Part shown: piece by piece, positions 31,471 through 41,600 of the stretch | Numbering within the stretch: position 1 is the stretch's first letter | Layout of the letters: every line of letters begins with the position of its first letter | From: Acidobacteriota bacterium | GTDB lineage: Bacteria; Acidobacteriota; UBA6911; RPQK01; JAJDTT01 | NCBI GenBank assembly: GCA_965209055.1 | Contig: OZ242374.1 | Location: 5,952,001-6,016,000, forward strand | Direction: 5' to 3' | DNA length: 64,000 bases | Notes under the pieces: generated by a model | Databases searched by the model: none | Told to the model about the DNA's origin: nothing | What the model saw: the letters and a program-made list of their open reading frames with translations, nothing else | Translations under genes and position numbers: made by a program

Positions 31471-32366
31471 CACTTCCGCTTCACCCGCCGGGCGATCTCG
31501 GGGAGGCTGGCCAGGACCACCTCGCCGACCACCTCCAGGTTGGACGCCGAGAGCTTGTCGAGCGTGTCCGAAGGCTTGTGCCAGTGGGCGTAGCTGAGGT
31601 CGATGAGGTCCACGGCGGGGACTCCCGCCCGGAGGAAGGGGAGGTGATCGTCTTCGATGTGAGAGCCGCGTCCCGAGGGCCGGAAGATTCTCTCGTGGCC
31701 CAGCCGGGAGGCCTGGTTCCAGATGATCTCGTTCAGCCACGGAGTGGAATATCCTTCCCGGAAGAGCCGAAGGTCTTTCCCTCCCACCAGGTCCAGCAGG
31801 ATCATGGCGCCGATTTTGCGCAGGTTCCCCCGGGCTTTCTCCCGCTTCACGAACTCCCGGCTTCCGTAAAGGCTGTCGGCGGAGGTCCAGGTTTCCCCCA
31901 CTGCCTCCTCCCCGTCGAAGAAGACGAACCAGAGGGTCAGGCCGGTGGAGTTTTTCTCCACCAGCACCCGGGCCAGTTCCAGGACCAGGCCGCTGGTAGA
32001 CGCGCCGTCGTTGGCTCCCACGAACTCGAAGGTGTCGTAGAACTTGCTGTCGTAGTGGCTGGCCAGAATCAGGACCCGTTCGTCGCGGCCGGGGAGAATG
32101 CCCCGGACGTTGGCCATCCGCAGACGCCCCCGGGGCGTGACCGACCGGAAGGTGTGGGTGTCCACCTGAAGGCCCAGGGCTCCCAACTGTCCGGCAATGT
32201 ACTCGCCCGCCTTCCGTTGGGCCTCCGATCCGGGAGGATGGGGACCGTGACGGACGATTTCCCGGGTGTGACGGAGCACCTGAAGCCCGTCGACACCGGC
32301 TCCCTGGCCGCAACCGGCGGCAACCGCCAGCAGAATCAGAAGCCGGATGAAGAGTCCCTTGGGCAT
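31470..32366 (-). CDS. M28 family peptidase / glutaminyl-cyclase-like lipoprotein
   Basis: Lipobox AAGC; SHYDSK, GANDGA, FFDGEEA, LYGSR, LLDLVG, EDDHLPF, HWHKPSD. Confidence 0.9.
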   Translation of the reverse strand: MPKGLFIRLLILLAVAAGCGQGAGVDGLQVLRHTREIVRHGPHPPGSEAQRKAGEYIAGQLGALGLQVDTHTFRSVTPRGRLRMANVRGILPGRDERVLILASHYDSKFYDTFEFVGANDGASTSGLVLELARVLVEKNSTGLTLWFVFFDGEEAVGETWTSADSLYGSREFVKREKARGNLRKIGAMILLDLVGGKDLRLFREGYSTPWLNEIIWNQASRLGHERIFRPSGRGSHIEDDHLPFLRAGVPAVDLIDLSYAHWHKPSDTLDKLSASNLEVVGEVVLASLPEIARRVKRK

Positions 32367-32514
32367 GGTGTCGGGAGAACCGGCGCGAACGCCCGGCTGG
32401 TGCAACGGAGGAACCAACGGAGCGCGGCGCCGGCCGAACTCCGTGGCGACTTTCGCCACGGACTGCTATCCTACATTGCTCAATTTCGTACTATACCCCA
32501 GAAAGGAGCCGTTC

Positions 32515-34596
32515 ATGAACGTCTACGACAGCAGGGAGATCCGCAACATCGCCCTGATCGGACATGGGGACTCCGGCAAGACCACTCTGGCCAGCGCCAT
32601 GCTCTACTCGGCCGGGGCAGTGAACCGCCTGGGTCGGGTGGACGACGGAAACACGGTCACCGACTACGACGAGGACGAGATTGCCCGGCGGATCACCATT
32701 AACTCGGTCGTGGCCCACTGCGAGTGGAAATCCACCAAGATCAACATCATCGACACGCCGGGCTATCCGGCTTTCATCCTGGACGCCAAGTCCTCCCTGA
32801 TGGGGGCCGACTCGGCCCTGCTGGTGGTCGATTCCACGGCGGGAGTCGAAGTGCAGTCGGAAAAGGCATGGGAGTTTGCCGAAGAGCATCGTCTGGCCCG
32901 CGCAGTGGTCTTCAACAAGTTGGACCGGGACCGGGCCAGCTTCGAAAGGAGCCTGGAATCGGTCCACAAGTCCTTCGGCCGGACGGTGGTGCCGGTGCAG
33001 ATTCCCCTGGGCGAGGAGGCGTCCTTCCGGGGAATCATCGACCTGATCGGCGAGAAGGCCTACGTCTACGAATCCGACGGGAGCGGGGATTTCCAGGAAG
33101 CGGCCATTCCGGACGAGCTTCAGGGGGAAGCCGAGCAGCGCCGTGAAGAGCTGATCGAGATGGTGGCCGAGAGCGACGACGACCTGATGGAGAAGTACTT
33201 CGAGGAGGGCACGCTGACCCAGAGCGAGCTGGTTCAGGGGTTGCGGAGTTTCTTTGTCGACCGGTCCATCGTCCCCGCCTTCTGCGTGTCGGCGGGAAAG
33301 AATGCAGGGGTCAAGCAACTTATGGACGCCATGGTGGAGCTTTTCCCCAATCCCTTGGAAAGGACTCCCGTACCGGGCCTGACGGCAGGATCGGAGGAGG
33401 AGGCGGAACTCTCCATTTCCGCGGACGGCCCGGTTACCGCCTACGTCTTCAAGACCCTGGCCGATCCCTTCGCCGGGCGGATCAATCTGGTGAAGGCGAT
33501 CACCGGCACCATCAAGTCGGACTCGAACCTGCGCAACCGGACCGCCGGGTCCAACGAACGCCTGGGCTCGGTCCACATCCCCCAGGGAAAGACCTACGAA
33601 CCTGTCCCGGAGCTCCGGCCGGGAGACCTGGGCGCCGTGATGAAGCTGAAACATACGGCCACAGGCGACACCCTCTCGGTACCCACGGCCCCCAACATCG
33701 TCCGCAAGGTGGAGTTTCCCGAGGCCGCCATCAGCTTCGCCGTGGAGCCCAAGTCGCGGGGCGACGAAGACAAGATCGGCAACGCCATCGCCCGGGTGAT
33801 TGAGGAAGACCCCTCCATCTCGTTTCGCCGCGAAGCACAGACCAAGGAGTTTCTGCTCTCGGGCACCGGGCAGCTGCACGTTGAGGTGACGGTGGCCAAG
33901 CTGGAGCGCAAGTACGGCGTCAACGTCATTCTGAAACCGCCCAAGGTGCCCTACCGCGAAACCATTACGGGGAACGCCGACGTCCACGGGCGGCATAAGA
34001 AACAGACCGGGGGACACGGACAGTTCGGAGACTGCAAGATCCGGATGGAAGGGCTTCCCCGAGGGACCGGATTCGAATTCGAAAACGAGATCTTCGGCGG
34101 ATCCATCCCCAGACAGTTCATCCCCGCCGTGGAAAAGGGAGTTGTGGAGTCGGCGGCGAGGGGGTACGTGGCCGGGTACCCGGTGGTGGACTTCAAGGTC
34201 ACGCTCTACGACGGCAGCTACCACGAAGTGGACTCCTCGGAAATGGCCTTCAAGATCGCCGGATCGCTGGCCTTCCGGAAAGGCATGGAACAGGCCCGGC
34301 CGGTGCTGCTGGAGCCCATCATGAAGGTGGAGGTCTATGTGCCGGAGGAGAACTCGGGGGACATCATGGGCGACCTGAACTCCCGGCGGGGACGGATCCA
34401 GGGCATGGACATCAAGACCGGAATGCAGGTGGTCCAGGCCGAGGTGCCGCTGGCCGAGATGCTCAACTACGCGCCGACGCTGACCTCCATGACGGGAGGC
34501 CGGGGCAGCTTTCACATGGAGACGTCCCATTACGACATCGTCCCGCCGCACTGCGCCGAAAAGGTGATCGAGGAAGCCAAGCGGGACAAGAAGTAG
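32515..34596 (+). CDS. fusA: Elongation factor G paralogue (EF-G2 type)
   Basis: GHGDSGKTT, RRITI, DTPGY, NKLD, HKKQTGGHGQFG, DGSYHEVDSSEMAF; not in an str operon. Confidence 0.93.
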   Translation: MNVYDSREIRNIALIGHGDSGKTTLASAMLYSAGAVNRLGRVDDGNTVTDYDEDEIARRITINSVVAHCEWKSTKINIIDTPGYPAFILDAKSSLMGADSALLVVDSTAGVEVQSEKAWEFAEEHRLARAVVFNKLDRDRASFERSLESVHKSFGRTVVPVQIPLGEEASFRGIIDLIGEKAYVYESDGSGDFQEAAIPDELQGEAEQRREELIEMVAESDDDLMEKYFEEGTLTQSELVQGLRSFFVDRSIVPAFCVSAGKNAGVKQLMDAMVELFPNPLERTPVPGLTAGSEEEAELSISADGPVTAYVFKTLADPFAGRINLVKAITGTIKSDSNLRNRTAGSNERLGSVHIPQGKTYEPVPELRPGDLGAVMKLKHTATGDTLSVPTAPNIVRKVEFPEAAISFAVEPKSRGDEDKIGNAIARVIEEDPSISFRREAQTKEFLLSGTGQLHVEVTVAKLERKYGVNVILKPPKVPYRETITGNADVHGRHKKQTGGHGQFGDCKIRMEGLPRGTGFEFENEIFGGSIPRQFIPAVEKGVVESAARGYVAGYPVVDFKVTLYDGSYHEVDSSEMAFKIAGSLAFRKGMEQARPVLLEPIMKVEVYVPEENSGDIMGDLNSRRGRIQGMDIKTGMQVVQAEVPLAEMLNYAPTLTSMTGGRGSFHMETSHYDIVPPHCAEKVIEEAKRDKK

Positions 34597-34598
34597 TG

Positions 34599-34681
34599 GG
34601 AGCGGCGGCTTCCCTGCCGCCGAATGGGAGCGGCGACCTGGAGCGGCGGCTTTCCTGCCGCCGCACTCCCGCCGCACTCCC
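34599..34681 (+). repeat. Cluster of GGAG-footed REP-like hairpins after fusA
   Basis: GGAGCGGCGGCTTCCCTGCCGCCG (34599-34622), GGAGCGGCGGCTTTCCTGCCGCCG (34640-34663), plus partial copies. Confidence 0.75.
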
Positions 34682-34794
34682 AATGCAACATGGAAAAATG
34701 GGAAAATAAAAGCAGGCAACAAGAAGGCGCCCCACCCAATGCTCCATCCTGACCTCAACGGTATGCCGGGCGCCACATAGACTCTTCGACCACC

Positions 34795-35598
34795 ATGTTT
34801 CCCAAGCTGTTGGAAATCGGCCCCCTGACCCTTCACACCTATGGGGCGCTGCTGGCGGCCGCCTGCCTGTCGGCCATCTTTCTCTTCGCCCGGCTGGGCG
34901 CCCGCGACGGAGTGCCGCGGCAGCGGAGCTGGGACCTGGGATTCATCATCATCCTCTCGGCCATCGTCGGCGCCAAGCTGCTGATGATCTTGACCGACTG
35001 GGAAACCTATCTGATGCAGGACCCCTCAAGGTTCTTCACCCTGGGGTTCTGGCAGGCCGGCGGCGTCTACTACGGGGGACTGCTGGGCGCCACGGCCGCC
35101 AGCTATCTCTATGTCCGCCGGCAACCGTCCATGGACTTCCGGACGGTGGCCGACGCCGCGGGGCCGGCCATCGCCCTGGGGCAGACCATCGGCCGCCTGG
35201 GCTGTTTCGCGGCCGGATGCGACTACGGACAGCCCTGCTCGCTTCCCTGGGCGGTCACTTTCACCAGCGAGTATGCCCATCGCGTCGTGGGCGTGCCCAT
35301 CAATGTGGCGCTCCACCCGACCCAGCTCTACGAGTCGCTGGCCACCTTCACGCTGTTTCTCGTCCTGCTCTGGCTGCACGGGGCGAGGCGCTTCAAGGGA
35401 CAAGTCTTCGCCGCCTACCTCTTCTGCTACTCGATCCTGCGCTTCGGCATCGAGTTCTTCCGGGGCGACGCCGACCGGGGGTTCGTCTTCGGAGGGGCGC
35501 TTTCCACCTCCCAGTTCATCAGCCTGCTGCTGGTTCCCTGCGCCCTGCTGCTCTACCGCCACATGAGACGCAACCCGGTTCGGGCCCGCCGTGTCTGA
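34795..35598 (+). CDS. lgt: Prolipoprotein diacylglyceryl transferase
   Basis: YGALL, GGVYYGG, GQTIGRLGCFAAGCDYG, HPTQLYE, RFGIEFFRGD. Confidence 0.96.
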   Translation: MFPKLLEIGPLTLHTYGALLAAACLSAIFLFARLGARDGVPRQRSWDLGFIIILSAIVGAKLLMILTDWETYLMQDPSRFFTLGFWQAGGVYYGGLLGATAASYLYVRRQPSMDFRTVADAAGPAIALGQTIGRLGCFAAGCDYGQPCSLPWAVTFTSEYAHRVVGVPINVALHPTQLYESLATFTLFLVLLWLHGARRFKGQVFAAYLFCYSILRFGIEFFRGDADRGFVFGGALSTSQFISLLLVPCALLLYRHMRRNPVRARRV

Positions 35599-36553
35599 AC
35601 CGGAAGGAACCGGGACCGGAACCATCCGCCTCAGGGTGAGCTCCGGCGACGCGGGCCGGCGCCTGGACGCCTATTTGAGCCGCCGGCTCTCCCGGTTCAG
35701 CCGGAGCCGCATCCGGCGGTGGGTGGAAGAGAACCGGGTCCTGGTGCTGGGCCGGCGCCGCAAGCCCAGCTACCTGCTGCGCCCGGGAGACGAGATCCGC
35801 GTGGACCCGCCCCCGCCGCAGCCCACCGGCCTGACGCCCGAACCGATTCCCCTGAACGTGCTCTACGAGGACTCCTTCCTGCTGGTGGTGGACAAACCGG
35901 CGGGACAGGTGGTGCATCCGGGAGCCGGCAACTGGAGCGGGACCCTGGCCAACGCCCTGGCCTACCATCTGGAGAAGTTGAGCCGGGAGGAGACCGTCAG
36001 GCCGGGAATCGTGCACCGGCTGGACAAAGGGACCTCGGGACTCCTGGTGGTGGCAAAGACGGAGCGGGCGCACGATCATCTCTCCGGCCAGTTTGCCCGG
36101 CGGGAGGTCCGGAAGCGGTACCTGGCGCTGGTTTTCGGCGCGGTGGAGAAGGACCGCGGCGAGATCGACGTGCCGCTGGGGCGGCATCCCCGGTCCCGAA
36201 CCCGGATCTCGACCCGGACCCGCAAGCCGCGCTCCGCCCTGACCCGCTACCGGGTGCTCTCGCGGCATCCCGGCTTCACCTATCTGTCGGTCGCGCCCCA
36301 TACCGGACGGACCCACCAGATCCGGGTTCACCTGACCCACCTGGGGCACCCGGTGGTGGGAGACGGCACCTACGGCGGCCGCCGGCTTCGTCGACTGCCC
36401 GAATCGATCCGCGACTCGGAGATGGTGAAGCTGGGTCGGCACTTCCTCCACGCGGCCTCCCTGGCCTTCGTCCACCCCGCCACGGCCCGGCGGGTGCGCT
36501 TCGAGAGTCCCCTTCCGCCGGAGCTTGAAGCGGTTCTGGCGGTTTTGGAATAA
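35591..36553 (+). CDS. rluD: RluA/RluD family pseudouridine synthase
   Basis: S4 domain RLDAYL; DKPAGQVVHP, GIVHRLDKGTSG, TGRTHQIRVH, LHA. Confidence 0.93.
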   Translation: MSEPEGTGTGTIRLRVSSGDAGRRLDAYLSRRLSRFSRSRIRRWVEENRVLVLGRRRKPSYLLRPGDEIRVDPPPPQPTGLTPEPIPLNVLYEDSFLLVVDKPAGQVVHPGAGNWSGTLANALAYHLEKLSREETVRPGIVHRLDKGTSGLLVVAKTERAHDHLSGQFARREVRKRYLALVFGAVEKDRGEIDVPLGRHPRSRTRISTRTRKPRSALTRYRVLSRHPGFTYLSVAPHTGRTHQIRVHLTHLGHPVVGDGTYGGRRLRRLPESIRDSEMVKLGRHFLHAASLAFVHPATARRVRFESPLPPELEAVLAVLE

Positions 36554-37587
36554 TGAGGTGGCTCATGTCCTCAGAAAACCTCATCATCAGGCTGTTGATC
36601 GTCCTGTTCCTGACGACCGGCCTCCCGGCCCAGTCGGACACCGCCGCCGCAGACGATCCGCTGGAACCGTTCCGGGTGGAGGTGGAGGCGGTGAACGTCC
36701 TGGTTGCGGTCCATGACAAGAAGACGGGCCGGTTCGTCACCAACCTCTCGCCGCAGCACTTCATCGTGAAAGAGGACGGACGCCACCAGCGGATTACCAA
36801 CTTCGCCCCCCAGACCAACCTGCCGCTGACCATCGCCATCTGCGTGGACGCCAGCGCCAGCGTCCGGCTCAAGCTGGGTTTCGAGAAGGAGGTGGCCACC
36901 GATTTCCTCTTTGACGTGATGCGGCCCACCGACAAGGCGCTGCTGGTGGAGTTCGACACGGGCGTGACGCTGCTGCACGACTTCACCTCCAACCCCAACG
37001 CGCTGCTGGCCGAGATCGACAACTTGAGGGCGGGAGGAGGCACGTCCCTTTACGACGCCATCTACCTGATCTCGGAGCAGAAGATGCTGCAGGAGTACGG
37101 CCGCAAGACAATCCTGGTTCTCTCGGACGGGTCGGACCTGACCAGCACCCACAGCTTCGACGAGACGCTCCGGATGGCCTACCTGGCCGAATCCACCATC
37201 TACGCCATCAGCACCACCCGGTTCGGAGCGGGTGAGGACGCCAGAGGCGACGACGCCCTGGAAAAACTGACGGAGAGCACCGGCGGAACCGTCTTCTTCC
37301 CCCATTCCAGCAACAACCTTGCGGAGGCCTTCAAGACCATCGACACGGAGCTGCGGAGCCAGTACAACCTGACCTACGTCCCCACCAACAGGAAGAAGGA
37401 CGGAACCTTCCGGAAGATCGAGATCGAAGTGAAGGCGGACGACGTCCGGGTGCGGCATCGCGTGGGTTACTACGCCCCGTACGACCCCATGGACAAGTGG
37501 AAGCAGCGGGCCCTGGAACGGGAGCAGCGACGGTTCCAGAAAGAGCAGGAAGAGCGGGAAAAGGTCAAGGAAAAAAAGAACAAATAG
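36553..37587 (+). CDS. Secreted VWA-domain protein (acidobacterial type)
   Basis: FRVEVEAVNV, DASAS MIDAS motif, GGTSLYDAI, LSDGSD, ELRSQYNLTYVP, DGTFRKI. Confidence 0.92.
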   Translation: MRWLMSSENLIIRLLIVLFLTTGLPAQSDTAAADDPLEPFRVEVEAVNVLVAVHDKKTGRFVTNLSPQHFIVKEDGRHQRITNFAPQTNLPLTIAICVDASASVRLKLGFEKEVATDFLFDVMRPTDKALLVEFDTGVTLLHDFTSNPNALLAEIDNLRAGGGTSLYDAIYLISEQKMLQEYGRKTILVLSDGSDLTSTHSFDETLRMAYLAESTIYAISTTRFGAGEDARGDDALEKLTESTGGTVFFPHSSNNLAEAFKTIDTELRSQYNLTYVPTNRKKDGTFRKIEIEVKADDVRVRHRVGYYAPYDPMDKWKQRALEREQRRFQKEQEEREKVKEKKNK

Positions 37588-37593
37588 GTCCGG

Positions 37594-38499
37594 TCAGAAG
37601 CTCAACCGCCGGATTCGCTTCCGGTGCCGCTCGCTCCAGAATTCGCCAAGCCTACGATAGTAGCGACCCGTTTCAGTTCGGCCCCGTTTCTCGGACCCTC
37701 CCGCCAGGATCTCCGACTTGCGGGCGATCTCGGCCGCAGTCCAGGCCTCCTGCTGCAGGCTGAGGACTCCGCTCTCCACGGTCTTCACCATGGCCCGGAC
37801 CCGGAAACGGTCCAGTCCCCACGTACTCCTGGAGAGCTGGTCGGCGTGGCCGCCGGTCTTGACCAGCAGGGGCCGGTCCACGAAGCAGATGGGATGGCGG
37901 GCGAACATGCGCAACCAGAGTTCATAGTCCTCGCAGACGGGGAAATCTTCGTCGAACATTCCGCAGCGGTCCAGGAGTTCTCGCGCGATGAGGATGGAGC
38001 TGGGGCTGATGACGCAGCGGGGGAGAGAGTAGCGGTAGACCCAGCCTCCGTACTTGCGGTGGATCTTCTTGGGATTCACCCGGCGGCCGCGGCGAATCCA
38101 GATCTCGTCGGAATGCACGGCCAAATAGCCCGGGTGAGACTCCAGGGCCGTGAGCTGTGCCTCCAGCTTCTTGGGAAGCCACGTGTCATCACTGTCGAGG
38201 AACGCGATCCAAGGGAATCTCGCCTGCTGAATTCCCAGGTTGCGGGCGGCGCTGACGCCCCGGTGTTCGGTCCGCAGGTACCGGATTCGCGGATCGCCGG
38301 GATTGGACCACTCCCGGTCCGTGCCATCGTTGGAACCGTCATCGACGATGAGAAGATCCCAGTCGCGGAAGGTCTGGGCCTGGACCGATTCCACCGCCCG
38401 CACCAGTATTTCCCGGCGATTGTGGGTGGGAATGATGACGCTGATGCCTGTCGCCGACACGGATCTTTTCCAATCTGACACGCCGCGGTCCGGACCCAA
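37594..38499 (-). CDS. Glycosyltransferase family 2
   Basis: SVIIPTHNR, IVDDGSNDGT, GVSAARNLG, FLDSDD, CEDYELW; the start may be the GTG at 38460. Confidence 0.93.
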   Translation of the reverse strand: MGPDRGVSDWKRSVSATGISVIIPTHNRREILVRAVESVQAQTFRDWDLLIVDDGSNDGTDREWSNPGDPRIRYLRTEHRGVSAARNLGIQQARFPWIAFLDSDDTWLPKKLEAQLTALESHPGYLAVHSDEIWIRRGRRVNPKKIHRKYGGWVYRYSLPRCVISPSSILIARELLDRCGMFDEDFPVCEDYELWLRMFARHPICFVDRPLLVKTGGHADQLSRSTWGLDRFRVRAMVKTVESGVLSLQQEAWTAAEIARKSEILAGGSEKRGRTETGRYYRRLGEFWSERHRKRIRRLSF

Positions 38500-38676
38500 C
38501 TTGATTTTCCCCCACCGGTGGCGTTAACTACCTCCGTGGCTCGAATGAGCAATTGCCCGCAAAGATTCACGGAATTGGAGGTCTGGAGTCAACGGCTCGG
38601 CGAAGTCGGTCCAGGCCCTCTCTTACCCGAAAGCCCTCACAAGCCCTAACAGATCAATCCTTGGTCTGAACCTCGG

Positions 38677-41600
38677 TTGTCCAACAACCGGACTGTTCTC
38701 TTTCGAGAAGTCGCCTGGCCGGAGTCTCGGGAAATCCTCTGTACCAGTGCAGATCGAAGGAGTGCCCCAGTGTCTTTACGCTACCGAATTCTGCGCCCAT
38801 TGGAACCCGGCCCGGACTTGCGAGTCTACTTGGCCGTTGACGAATGGGATACCGCCCGTTCCAAAGTTCTGAGCCTGCTGCCGGGAAAGATGACCTCCCC
38901 AACCGGCCTCCGCGATGTGGAGCGCTTGTACGACATTCGTACGGCGCTCGACCATCCATGGCTCCATCCGGTCCAAGACATCGCATTTCGAGGGAAACGC
39001 CCCGGGTTCATCTGCGACTTCCTGGCCCGGAAACTCATTGACAAGAAGGGAGGACACCTGACGCCCTGCCAAGCCATCAAGTTTTCCGTGCAACTCGCAG
39101 AGTTGCTGTCCTTTCTTCACCACAGGAATTTCCTCTGCGGCTACCTGAGGCCTTCCCATCTCTTCGTGGGGAAGTCTGGGGATCTGCTTCTCAACCTGCC
39201 GGCTCCCAAGCAGCGTCCGGCCGGAAAATCCTGGCAGACCCAAGCCATTCGGTATGCCTCACCGGAGTGGATCAGCGACCGCACCGCATCGAAGGAAAGC
39301 GACCTCTACTCGTTGGGGATGGTTCTTTACCGACTGTTTACGGGCCACGCTCCCTATATGGGGACGGACTCCGGGACCCTGCGCCAGAAACAGATCCTCT
39401 CCTACCCGGTCCGCCCCCGGATGCTGAATCCCGACATCCCGGCCAGGGTGGAACAATTGATTCTGGATTTGATTCAGAAGGACCGGGAGTTTCGACCCTC
39501 TTCCGCCAACCATGTGAGTGCTGCGCTCCAGGCCGGCGATCGCTTGTCCGCCCCTCCCACCCCTCCATTCCGAACTGCGCTTGTCGGCCGGGAAGATGAG
39601 TCCACGACGCTCCGTGAAATCCTGGATATCCACATCCGGAATCCGAAACCTCGATGGGTCTCTATCGCCGGACACAGCGGAATCGGAAAAACGGCCCTGA
39701 TGGAACGGGTCGAAACGGCGGCGCGGCTCCGGCGAGCCACAACGTTCTCAGTGAGCCATCATCCGGGAGACGGAGCCCTGGACGCATTCCAGTCGGATTC
39801 CGAACCTGGCCAGCGCTGGCGGTTCACCGACGCTTGGAGGGAGGCGGGAAACACGACGCAACTCACCCATTGCCTACTCTCGTTTCTAAGGAAAGCGTCG
39901 TCCCTCGCTCCAGTCGTCTTTTGCATCAACGACCTGCAGTGGATGGATGAGGTTTCCCTGGAACTCTATCGACGAGCGCTTCGAAACGACCCCATTTCCA
40001 TTCTCTTCGTTGCCAACTACCGTACCGATGAACGGCCCGGACACTGGAAGACGTTGAAACTGGAGTTGGAACGGTTCGGACAATTGGACGAGGTCCGGCT
40101 GGCGCGCCTCCATCTCCTCGAGTCGGAGCGCCTCGTCGAATCGTTGCTTGGAGGTCCCGACCCAGCCGCTGTCCCTGCGATACTTCGGGAAAGCACCGGC
40201 ATTCCGCTCTATATTCGTGAGTCTCTCCGCCATATGCGCGAGACGGGACAATTGGCGTTTCGTTCGGGGCGGTGGAGGTCTGCACCGTTCCAAACCAGGA
40301 GTTCGTTCCTGCCGGCGGGCGCATCCAGGAAGATCACCGCCCATCTGAATCGGCTCACGCCGGAGCAAAGAGAAATCCTGGATCATCTGGCCCTCATCGG
40401 CAAACCGATTTCAGCAGCCGGACTTGCACGCATTCTTCAGACCTCGGACGAATCCCTCTCGGAGAAGATCCACGCCCTGGAACGCCTCAATCTGGCTTGC
40501 GTCTCGGGACGCCTCCATGCTCCCGTCTTCTCGGTGGCTCACAATTGGACCGCTCGGACCATCGTCCGACGAGTCGGGGACTCTCCGTCCAAATGCCGAC
40601 AGATTCACAAACGGATCGGCAGTGTCCTCGAGAGGCGGTTCCAGAGGTCGAATGACACTCTCGTTCTGCAGGACTTCGTGCGCCACTACATAGGCGCACA
40701 CGAAATCGGAAAGGTGAGGCAATACATTTGGGCAGCCCTGCTCCGGTTGTGCGAGCGACGAGCATACGCGGACGCGTCCGGACTGCTTCGTCTCGCGCGG
40801 CGCCTGGGAGCGCTGCCCATGGACAGCCGGGACCGCGTCAAGAAATCGGCTGAGATCATGTACGTGGGCGGGAGCCTGAAGGAGTGCCGGGACTTCTGCT
40901 TGAAGCAACTCGATTCCGGACCATCTCAGCCGGATGATCGCGTGTATCTCCTCTCAATGGTCGCCCGGATCCACATCCACGTCGGGAGCATGAAGCGAGG
41001 AATGGAGGCTCTTCAGGAAGCCCTCGGCATCCTGGAACATTCTCCCACCGAATTCTTGAAAGGAGAACTCCAGGCCAAGTGGCTCGACGCCATGAGCCGG
41101 ATGGGAAAGCATCCGGAGGCCGGGCCGGTGGCCGCTCAAATGCTGGCTCAGAGCCAAAAGAACAAGGCACTGGCGGAGAAGTATCATCCCGCCTTCGCCT
41201 CCCTCGCGTGGGCCAACGGGGACCTGGACCAAGCCACCCATTGGCAACTGGCGTCCGTTCGATCAGCGATCCGACGACATCGATCGATCAGCCTGGGCAG
41301 GAGAATCGCGGACCTTTCCGTCCTCTATTCCGATCGCGGCCAATTCAAAGCAGCCCGAAACTCAGCCCGATACAGCCTGTCTCTGGCCAGCGAATACGGC
41401 AATCCCGAAGTGGTGATTCTGGCGCAGAAAGCGCTGGCGATCCACAGCCGAAAGCTGGGTCACCACAGACATGCGGCGCGGCGATTGAGGGATTTGATCG
41501 CCCGGAACCGGGGCTTGAATCAGAACCGGCATACTGAAGTCGAACTCCAGATCGAACTGACGAAAAACCTGAACCATCTGTTGGATCTGGAGACCGCGGT

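Noticed and set aside
34599-34681. CRISPR array or intrinsic terminator
   Set aside because: No regular repeat-spacer period, no cas genes, and no U-tract after the stems.
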